From a virus, in UHGV virus genome UHGV-0120184: a stretch of DNA of 14,793 bases. One strand, written 5' to 3'. The notes under the pieces are model-generated. The model was not told the DNA's origin. It worked only from the letters and a program-made list of their open reading frames with translations, and ran no database searches. Positions 8,113 through 14,433 of the stretch are shown in pieces. Every line of letters begins with the position of its first letter. Positions within the stretch are counted from its first letter, which is position 1. The translations under genes and the position numbers were made by a program.

Positions 8113-8136
8113 AAAAAAAGCCCCATAAAATGGGGC
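8113..8136 (-). terminator. Rho-independent terminator on the minus strand
   Basis: Stem GCCCCA (8120-8125) / TGGGGC (8131-8136) with a 5-nt loop. On the minus strand it is followed by TTTTTTT (complement of the A-run 8113-8119). It lies about 300 nt downstream of the minus-strand AT-rich operon. Confidence 0.55.
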
Positions 8137-8432
8137 TGAAGATTCTGTAAGGAATTTCACAGCAATGAGATTCTAGTCTCTTCCAATGATATATGAGTCT
8201 TCAGCCTGAATCAATGGGGCATGACTGTGAATCCACCGACGATCAAAACTTGCACAATGCCTGAAGTTGAGTTAGAAAAGTACCGGGCGCGATATCCGGT
8301 TTATTTTTTGTTGCTGTGTTTTGCCTCGTGCCGGATATCGCGTCCACCGTTTTTCTGATGATTCTTATGAAATCGTACTTTATTGATTTACTGCCATCCT
8401 GGTTTGTCTTTTTATGTTCATTATTGCGACAG

Positions 8433-8828
8433 TCATTTCCTGTTTCTGGTGATGTTTTGATAAAAGTGAAAGAATAAAACGATCATTGCAGAAGGTATTG
8501 CTAAAACCATACATATCATTATATAAACAAGATGAAAATGATATATACCATAAGACCAGAAAAAAGGTTTTTTCCAGAATGATATGGATGTGTATTTTAG
8601 TGTAATTGTTTTTGTCAGGTATATTGAACAAGGAAGAGCCAGGCCACTGAGTATCAGAAATAAGTCAACTTTTATCGATGCTTCTGTTGGTGTGTCATAT
8701 ATAAGATGCAATATGGATATTATAATGGGGCACATTCCCCACAGGATATTTTTGAAATAGAATTTCCGGTTCATATGTTTATGCTCTTTGGTTTTATCCC
8801 GGGAATTGGCGCTTTGTTTTTTATTCAT
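8433..8828 (-). CDS. Small integral membrane protein (131 aa, about 4 predicted TM segments), function unknown
   Basis: Hydrophobic segments include ILWGMCPIIISILHLIY, LFLILSGLALPCSIYL, FFWSYGIYHFHLVYIMICMVLAI and PSAMIVLFFHF. Its ATG (8828-8826) overlaps the upstream stop as ATGAATAA. Composition is very AT-rich. Confidence 0.6.
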   Translation of the reverse strand: MNKKQSANSRDKTKEHKHMNRKFYFKNILWGMCPIIISILHLIYDTPTEASIKVDLFLILSGLALPCSIYLTKTITLKYTSISFWKKPFFWSYGIYHFHLVYIMICMVLAIPSAMIVLFFHFYQNITRNRK

Positions 8829-9492
8829 GAACGTTTTCGTTGTTTAATAACCATGGGGTATTATGATTATCCTTTATTTTTGATATGTAATTGTCAATAG
8901 TGGATTTCGTTTCATTATTGTGGTTATAGTAATCATGAAGAGTGCAAAACACATCATCTTTTATTGTGGCGATTAATGGGGCTTGTGTGAGGGTAAAATA
9001 TAAAGAACGATTACTTAGTGTCCTGAAATAAATTTTTTCGCCAATGACCAGATCGGTGTTCATTATATTGTAGCCTATTTCAAATATATTGTTTGATGGC
9101 ATGTGTAATACATATGTGGGGTATTTGTTGTGTTTTTTCATTAAATAATAAATAAAATCAGATACAGGCATCTGTTTTAGTTTTTTTTGCATCTTCCTTA
9201 TGTGTTGTGACATTAATATCATTTTCGAGAGAATGCATAAGAGACTAAACAAGAGATTAAATACTATGTTCAGTACTATCAGAGTAACAAACAGGCCAAT
9301 GCTCCTTAGCGCTGAAAATATATTGTCATTGTAAATATACTGGAATGTATATCCGGCTGATAAAAATGCCAATATATATAACACTATGTCTGTTTTATTT
9401 CGCTTTTTTATTTTGTAGGTTATTGCTGATTTTAAGAATAAGATGGCAATAAGAGCAGTGATAACCCAGAAAAATATAACGGAAACTTCCAT
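8821..9492 (-). CDS. Membrane-anchored protein (223 aa: three N-terminal TM segments plus a soluble C-terminal domain of about 125 aa), function unknown
   Basis: The TM segments are VIFFWVITALIAILFL, IVLYILAFLSAGYTF and LFVTLIVLNIVFNLLFSLLCIL. An N/K/Y-rich domain follows. AAAGG lies 7 nt upstream of ATG 9492. This is the first gene of the two-gene operon. Confidence 0.6.
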   Translation of the reverse strand: MEVSVIFFWVITALIAILFLKSAITYKIKKRNKTDIVLYILAFLSAGYTFQYIYNDNIFSALRSIGLFVTLIVLNIVFNLLFSLLCILSKMILMSQHIRKMQKKLKQMPVSDFIYYLMKKHNKYPTYVLHMPSNNIFEIGYNIMNTDLVIGEKIYFRTLSNRSLYFTLTQAPLIATIKDDVFCTLHDYYNHNNETKSTIDNYISKIKDNHNTPWLLNNENVHE

Positions 9493-9542
9493 AATTATAC
9501 CTTTATCGTGTTTTCAGGGAGGTAATTTATCATTGTGCTGAT

Positions 9543-9562
9543 ATGCATGTAAATACATGCAT
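9543..9562. promoter_or_regulatory. Perfect 20-bp palindrome ATGCATGTAAATACATGCAT in the leader of the AT-rich operon (operator or 5'-UTR hairpin candidate)
   Basis: Two 9-bp arms ATGCATGTA / TACATGCAT separated by 2 nt. The palindrome begins 51 bp upstream of ATG 9492. Confidence 0.4.
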
Positions 9563-9694
9563 TATCTGTTTCTTATATTCTTTTTATGAAGTTACTGATT
9601 AATTTATATTAAAACAACACATTCATAATGAAATCAACATGTTCATATGGTTGACGGCAGATTTCTCTTTTTGTTAACCTGCATCTGCATTAAC

Positions 9695-9939
9695 TGTCGC
9701 TTCGGCGACCACCAATGTTCCATAGTGGCCTGTGAGGAACGCCTTCGGGTGGCCCATGTCGCTCCGGCGACCACCAATGCTCCATATGACCTGTGAGGAG
9801 CGCCTTCGGGTGGTCAGTTTTACACCTCCGTAGCCTGAAAGGAGCTGTGAGTACTGAAGGGAAACATCCCTGATGTATGGGCAAATCTGCACACCTTTGA
9901 GAGCAGATGTCACTACGGTTTTACGTGATGATGAAGGCA
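9695..9939. repeat. Direct repeat copy A (245 nt) containing tandem units 9696-9757 (62 nt) and 9758-9817 (60 nt)
   Basis: It aligns base-for-base with 12489-12733 and differs by 3 T/C transitions (9702, 9878, 9914). The shared motif taac lies just upstream of both copies. Confidence 0.95.
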
Positions 9940-9941
9940 TT

Positions 9942-9971
9942 CCGGATTCCGTTCCGGTACTTTTATTTTTT
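9942..9971 (+). terminator. Small rho-independent terminator immediately 3' of repeat copy A
   Basis: Stem CCGGA (9942-9946) / TCCGG (9953-9957) with a 6-nt loop, then tac and TTTTATTTTTT (9961-9971). The stem is short, so confidence is modest. Confidence 0.45.
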
Positions 9972-10117
9972 CTCAGCAGACAGGCATAAAAACGCCTTTA
10001 AAATCTGCGTCTTAAGATATTTTCTGACTTTCCGCATGAGCTTCTTATGACTGTGCGCACGGCATAAGACCATTTGAAATTTGGTCGCTTGCGTGTGCAT
10101 GTGGAGTTTGAAGCTGT

Positions 10118-10163
10118 GCGGCGTCACTTGCGTGCGACCGAAGGGAACACCAAGTGACGCCGC
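10118..10163. other. 13-bp perfect inverted repeat (long hairpin) in the 743-nt untranslated region upstream of the recombinase gene
   Basis: GCGGCGTCACTTG (10118-10130) / CAAGTGACGCCGC (10151-10163) with a 20-nt loop. A second composite hairpin lies at 10285-10320. Confidence 0.6.
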
Positions 10164-10682
10164 GGCCATCTGCCCTGAAGGCAGCATCACGTAAGGTCTG
10201 GCAGAAAATCGTCGCTCGTGACAAGCGTCCTGATGCTCGTTTTGTCGCTCTGACAACGTCTTTCGGTGACGTATCCACGCCTTTCCGGCGCGTCCGTTTT
10301 CACACGGACGGCCACGCCGGAATGTCTTCTTAAACTTCGTAATACATGAGAGGTAAGTGTATTAACTGACTGAAATAAAGGAATAAAAATGAAAAATCGT
10401 TCTGATGTCGGGAGGCGTCATCGTAAGGTGACGGGGAGTATTCCTCAACAATCGCCCTGGTGCACAGGTAGCGAACTCCTGTAAGAACTCAACATGTGCA
10501 AGCTCTGCTACATCGACATCAAACGAGCCAGGAAGGCGAACAACCGCGTTACAGAGCCGTCCGTGATGACGAAAAACTAACAATATCAACGAACTTTTCT
10601 GTTTACCGGAAGGGCTGCGTATGCAGTTTTACTTTGTGAACGGAAGGGGGCTGCATCTGATTTTTACAGGGAGAATGACTTT

Positions 10683-11600
10683 ATGGCCCGGAAATCGTCA
10701 CGTTCTAAAGTTGAACTGTTTCGCAAGTCTTTCATCTCACTTGCCCGTGAGTGTGGTGGCAGTTACGCAACAACAGCTGACAGAATGAGAATTGCAAAGT
10801 ACTTCCTGAATTATTTACGTGAAAATGGAATTAAACTTCGCCAGACGAGCAGTATTAAAACCAGACATATTTCTGGTTACCTTCTCAGCAGGAAAGCAGC
10901 GGGTATTTCTCACCGGACTATTCAGAATGAACGGGCGGTTATGCGTGCCATTTTAGAAAAAGATGGACGACTTAAAATCGCAGATCCTTCTAACCCATTA
11001 TTGAGTAATGAAGCGCTCGGCCTAAAGGATACATGCCGTGATGGAAAGAAAATAGCATTGTCACCGGATGAATTCTGGAAAGCATTTGCTAAAGTGGAAA
11101 AAAAGAATCCTGGTGTGGCAGCTGCAATGCAGCTTTCTTATGTTCTGGGTTTAAGAACAAAAGAAGCCGTTCAGTCATGTAAGTCTGTTCAGTCATGGCT
11201 ACGGGAACTGAATTCAGGGTGCGATTCTCTTTCGGTCGTTTTTGGTACGAAAGGTGGAAGACCAAGAAATACCACAATTATTGACAGAGATGCGGTAAGA
11301 CATGCTTTGCTTTATGCTCAAAAAATAATGGATGAACACGACGGAAAACTTATTGACCGTCCAAATATAAAACAGGCTATCAATGTTTTTCGTTATCATG
11401 CCCGTAAAGCGGGATTGTCAGGAGTGAAATCTCCGCACAGTATGCGTTATCATTTTTCTCAGGAAGCCAGAAAATTTTATCGAAAAAATGGATATGGAGA
11501 GTCGGAAATCTACGCTCGTGTTTCTATGGATCTTGGCCATGGTGACGGAAGAGGTCGTTATGTAAAACAGGTTTATTTTAACGGTTCTGATGAAAGTTGA
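10683..11600 (+). CDS. Tyrosine recombinase / integrase-like protein (305 aa) with a SAM-like N-terminal domain
   Basis: The full catalytic signature is readable: R in YVLGLRTKEA, K in FGTKGGRPR, H-x-x-R in HSMRYHF, H in LGHGDGRG, and candidate nucleophile Tyr in GRYVKQVY. It resembles the proteobacterial family annotated as integrase domain-containing protein (from memory, not searched). Confidence 0.8.
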   Translation: MARKSSRSKVELFRKSFISLARECGGSYATTADRMRIAKYFLNYLRENGIKLRQTSSIKTRHISGYLLSRKAAGISHRTIQNERAVMRAILEKDGRLKIADPSNPLLSNEALGLKDTCRDGKKIALSPDEFWKAFAKVEKKNPGVAAAMQLSYVLGLRTKEAVQSCKSVQSWLRELNSGCDSLSVVFGTKGGRPRNTTIIDRDAVRHALLYAQKIMDEHDGKLIDRPNIKQAINVFRYHARKAGLSGVKSPHSMRYHFSQEARKFYRKNGYGESEIYARVSMDLGHGDGRGRYVKQVYFNGSDES

Positions 11601-11603
11601 TAT

Positions 11604-12341
11604 TTAAAATGAATCTGGAGGATATGTGTTTTTGTTAATTTCGGTTATGATGATTTCTGATGCGCGATTACACATATCTTCATCAAAATACCCAATATGA
11701 CATTCATGAATGTGACAATTCAGTTTTCTGGATAGCCATATATTTGCCTCGTTACGGGATATGTTGGCTCTTTGCTGATAATTGTCAAAAAGTTTACGTA
11801 CTTTTGTTCTGAGTATTCTCAGGTTTTCTTTAGCCGGAGTACCTAATGGTCTTCCTGAGTTTTTATGGCATCCAACCCATGCATTGCATGGGGGACAAAT
11901 CCAGTAATATTTGTTTTCTGTCGCGGCTGAAATGGAAAATGGCATGAGAGCCCCTTTTATAAGATTCGTCTTATTTCCACAGTATGGGCAGATAACAATT
12001 GGTCGGACATCTGCAATATTCAGTGATGTATAAGTCAGTCGTTCATTTTTAACGATGTTTCTCTTTCCGCAATGGGTGAGAACATGCTTTATTGTATCTA
12101 ATTCTTCTCGTAGTATTTTGGAACTGACGCCAGTGCGATAACGTTGTTGAAAATAGCATTCAATATGACGTAGTTTTATGCTATTTGCTGAGCTTATCTG
12201 TATATTGGCATCTTTAAGAAATGAAGCAAGTCTTCTGGCTCTTCCCGTATATACCAACATATCTTCTGGCGTCGGGGCGCATGCTTTGGCTATTCTGAGT
12301 AGTTCATCTTTTAATTTTTTGTATTTCGATTTCATTTTCAC
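11604..12341 (-). CDS. Recombinase N-domain paralogue fused to a Cys4 zinc ribbon (245 aa); no catalytic domain
   Basis: Its N-terminal part aligns with the N-terminal part of the 305-aa protein: NSIKLRHIECYF vs SSIKTRHISGYL, and GVSSKILREELDTIKHVL vs GISHRTIQNERAVMRAIL. The C-terminal half has CPYCG..(29 residues)..CPPCNAWVGCH, then RPLGTPA..LR..R. This resembles the zinc-ribbon family I recall as DUF3268 (needs an HMM check). Confidence 0.7.
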   Translation of the reverse strand: MKMKSKYKKLKDELLRIAKACAPTPEDMLVYTGRARRLASFLKDANIQISSANSIKLRHIECYFQQRYRTGVSSKILREELDTIKHVLTHCGKRNIVKNERLTYTSLNIADVRPIVICPYCGNKTNLIKGALMPFSISAATENKYYWICPPCNAWVGCHKNSGRPLGTPAKENLRILRTKVRKLFDNYQQRANISRNEANIWLSRKLNCHIHECHIGYFDEDMCNRASEIIITEINKNTYPPDSF

Positions 12342-12488
12342 ATCTCTCTTACAGGTTCATAAAGAGTGTTACTGAATTAAAAAATATCAAATTGAGCTGG
12401 CCTTGTCAGTCAGCTGTAGGTTATTACCATAGCCACGACAACAACTTGAAGTTTTATGTTGTTTATGATTATATTTTAGACGCTAACT

Positions 12489-12733
12489 TGTCGCTCCGGC
12501 GACCACCAATGTTCCATAGTGGCCTGTGAGGAACGCCTTCGGGTGGCCCATGTCGCTCCGGCGACCACCAATGCTCCATATGACCTGTGAGGAGCGCCTT
12601 CGGGTGGTCAGTTTTACACCTCCGTAGCCTGAAAGGAGCTGTGAGTACTGAAGGGAAACATCCCTGATGTACGGGCAAATCTGCACACCTTTGAGAGCAG
12701 ATGTCACCACGGTTTTACGTGATGATGAAGGCA
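12489..12733. repeat. Direct repeat copy B (245 nt) containing tandem units 12490-12551 and 12552-12611
   Basis: Same orientation as copy A, with 242 of 245 positions identical by manual alignment. Confidence 0.95.
12489..12733 (+). ncRNA. Candidate structured ncRNA or leader, copy B
   Basis: Same structure as copy A. There is a sigma70-like TTGAAG (12446-12451), an 18-nt spacer, then TATATT (12470-12475). This predicts a start within a few nt of the repeat's 5' boundary. No terminator follows this copy. Confidence 0.4.
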
Positions 12734-12866
12734 CTTTGTATACAATGTGACTATGAGTTGTCTCTGGTCTTCTTAAGCGCATCGTGCTGACGCATTGATG
12801 TGTTCACCTGACGGATTTTCCAGTCCGTCAGGGCGGAACGTCCGTCTTTTTCATTCGGAGGTTCCG

Positions 12867-13268
12867 ATGTTTATACCACTTTTGTTACGTGCAGATATGC
12901 GCATAACGCCTTTCTTTCATCTTCTCAGACAATGTCTGTTTAATCAGAAGCGTTGTGTTCACCCACAACAGCCCTGGTCCGCTCCACAACTGAGGCATCT
13001 GTACTGCACTCCGTGGTTTATTAACGCCACCGGCAATCTGTCAGTCAGAGCCTGCATTGTTTCCACCAACGGTGCATTGCGACACTGCTTTGAGTTCCGT
13101 GAAGGCTCTCACAGCCGTGAATATCGTTACTGGTTTGAGGCACTTCCGCTGTCTGTCGTGCGGTTTAATGTCTTTACCGGTCGAATATCTGCTCGCCGCA
13201 CGCTTTCTGCTGCCTCCCGTATGGCCGTGCAGCTTACTTCTTTTCGCTATCGCTTCGGTCTTCGCTGA
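12867..13268 (+). CDS. Hypothetical basic, Cys/Trp/Arg-rich protein (133 aa from the internal Met); coding status doubtful
   Basis: GGAGG lies 5 nt upstream of ATG 12867. A hairpin (13278-13296) follows the stop. The composition is odd and the region is hairpin-rich, so it may be non-coding. Confidence 0.3.
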   Translation: MFIPLLLRADMRITPFFHLLRQCLFNQKRCVHPQQPWSAPQLRHLYCTPWFINATGNLSVRACIVSTNGALRHCFEFREGSHSREYRYWFEALPLSVVRFNVFTGRISARRTLSAASRMAVQLTSFRYRFGLR

Positions 13269-13379
13269 AGCCTGTTGAACGGTCGTCATGACCGTTGAAA
13301 GGTTTATCACACAACGCCCGGATCTGTCTGACCGTACCACGCGTGCGCGATGACAAATCTGAGTTTTCCTTAACCCGTC

Positions 13380-13417
13380 CGGGACCGCTCCCGTTCGGGG
13401 ACGGTCCCGCTGTTTTT
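13380..13417 (+). terminator. Strong GC hairpin plus T5 run immediately upstream of the next gene's RBS (terminator or attenuator)
   Basis: CGGGACCG (13380-13387) / CGGTCCCG (13402-13409), with an inner UCCC-GUUC-GGGG helix. It is followed by ctgTTTTTa. AGGAG at 13421-13425 and ATG 13433 follow. Confidence 0.55.
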
Positions 13418-13432
13418 ATCAGGAGATTGTTT

Positions 13433-13813
13433 ATGGGACTCGATATTTTTTTCCTTGGGCGTGATCGTGTTACCGACGCGGTAGTATCGGTACCGGAAAC
13501 GCGGGAAGTGGGTTACTTTCGCAAGGTTAACCCACTGATTGCCTGGTTTGAGACGCATTGTGGACCGGTTGAAAATGCCGTGGAGCGTCCGGTTTCCAGA
13601 ACGGAACTGGAGGCACTACTGAGCGATCTTGAATGCCTTACGCCGGAGAACTGCCGGGAATTCTTCCCCACAACAGAAGGATTCTTTTTTGGTTCTCAGG
13701 AGTATGACCAGTATTACTGGAAGGATGTTGAGATCGTGAAATCGTGGGTCAGAAGCACGCTTGATTCGTTTGATTTTGAACGAAAAATACTGTTGCTCTG
13801 GGCATGGTGGTAA
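13433..13813 (+). CDS. Hypothetical protein (126 aa, MGLDIFFLGRD...LLLWAWW)
   Basis: I chose the internal Met of the 13295..13813 ORF because AGGAG lies 7 nt upstream and the upstream part is occupied by the hairpin/terminator. A terminator follows. A remnant paralogue of its C-terminus lies at 14434-14508. Confidence 0.65.
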   Translation: MGLDIFFLGRDRVTDAVVSVPETREVGYFRKVNPLIAWFETHCGPVENAVERPVSRTELEALLSDLECLTPENCREFFPTTEGFFFGSQEYDQYYWKDVEIVKSWVRSTLDSFDFERKILLLWAWW

Positions 13814-13851
13814 TTATTTTTCTGTCCTTGTTTTTAACCTTATTACCCTGT

Positions 13852-13896
13852 CGGGAACATGTGTCCCGTAGGGCAGGTGTGTTCCCGTAATTTTTT
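13852..13896 (+). terminator. Rho-independent terminator after the 126-aa gene
   Basis: CGGGAACA (13852-13859) / TGTTCCCG (13880-13887) followed by taaTTTTTT (13888-13896). An alternative inner pairing uses TGTCCCG. Confidence 0.55.
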
Positions 13897-13913
13897 GTAT
13901 CTGAGGTGAACAC

Positions 13914-14393
13914 ATGAATAGTCTGTTAATACTCCTTTACGTTGTTGTATGCCGTGCCTGCACCATTCTTCGGGTAATCGCACCAGTGTCGTCTGTCCGT
14001 GCGTGGTGTGAGTATCAACTGGAAGGTATGACGATACTTCGTGATGCGTACAGCTCGCTGGCTAAGGCGGCTGGAATGCAGAATGATGCATTTGAATATC
14101 TTGAAAGTATTGCTCGTCATCTGGGCTACGAAAGCGGTGGTGACCAACTGAAATCAGGACTTTTCCGGCCGTTTCTGTGGCATATACGTGCGAAAGGCCA
14201 CAGGCTGGGAGCTGTCATGGAAATGGCGGTATGGCAGGCATGGAAGAATGGCTGTAACGATGTCTGCAATCCATGGGAGGATGTCTACAATCCATGGGAC
14301 CGTGGATGGAACGATGGCTGGACTGAATGTCTGGATCAACGTATAGCCGGTCTCCTGAAGGCGGTCTGTATTGACTTTTCCGACGCCGACTGA
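13914..14393 (+). CDS. Hypothetical protein (159 aa) with a hydrophobic N-terminus and a W/N/P-rich C-terminal segment (CNPWEDVYNPWDRGWNDGW)
   Basis: GAGGTG lies 5 nt upstream of ATG 13914. I recognise no family. Confidence 0.5.
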   Translation: MNSLLILLYVVVCRACTILRVIAPVSSVRAWCEYQLEGMTILRDAYSSLAKAAGMQNDAFEYLESIARHLGYESGGDQLKSGLFRPFLWHIRAKGHRLGAVMEMAVWQAWKNGCNDVCNPWEDVYNPWDRGWNDGWTECLDQRIAGLLKAVCIDFSDAD

Positions 14394-14433
14394 ACGGTTT
14401 TTCTTTTACTTACTGTACCGTGTACCTGCGTCG

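Larger units (their letters stand above)
9695..9971 (+). ncRNA. Candidate structured ncRNA (or folded ssDNA element) of unknown family, copy A, with its own terminator
   Basis: Each tandem unit reads GUCGC-UYCG-GCGAC, then CACCAAU, then a 5-bp stem (GUUCC/GGAAC in unit 1, GCUCC/GGAGC in unit 2, a compensatory change), then CGCC-UUCG-GGUG. The classical cUUCGg loops exist only on the plus strand. Hairpin CCGGA/TCCGG (9942-9957) plus ttttatttttt follows immediately. Confidence 0.45.

Noticed and set aside
9696-9817. Possible CRISPR array or iteron cluster.
   Set aside because: There are only two contiguous units with no spacers and no cas genes. The units are much longer than CRISPR repeats.
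9674-9940. Minus-strand ORFs running through the repeats: 9674..9940 (88 aa) and 9690..9884 (64 aa), and their counterparts 12483..12782 (99 aa) and 12469..12678 (69 aa).
   Set aside because: The two tandem units are 62 and 60 nt, so the same nucleotide repeat is translated in different frames. The start is not conserved either: ATG in copy A is GTG within a longer frame in copy B. Sequence conservation stops exactly at the repeat boundary rather than at ORF boundaries. Two of the three substitutions are synonymous in this frame, but they are equally synonymous in a plus-strand frame, so they do not discriminate.
9873-9989. Plus-strand small ORF inside the repeat. It reads MYGQICTPLRADVTTVLRDDEG..., 38 codons in copy A and 27 codons in copy B (12667-12750). 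It is preceded by an 8-codon GTG mini-ORF with a TGATG overlap.
   Set aside because: Both informative substitutions are third-position silent, which is suggestive. However, that is only two sites, the SD spacing is poor for both starts, the C-termini differ between copies, and in copy A the ORF reads through the terminator hairpin. I keep it as a caveat to the ncRNA interpretation, not as a feature.
10362-10589. A 75-aa minus-strand ORF in the recombinase leader.
   Set aside because: It has no SD and an implausible composition, and it lies in a hairpin-dense region better explained as non-coding.
12795-12866. The N-terminal 24 codons of the 157-aa ORF.
   Set aside because: This stretch covers the attenuator-like hairpins. 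The only good SD (GGAGG) precedes the internal ATG at 12867. Even the shortened ORF is listed with low confidence.
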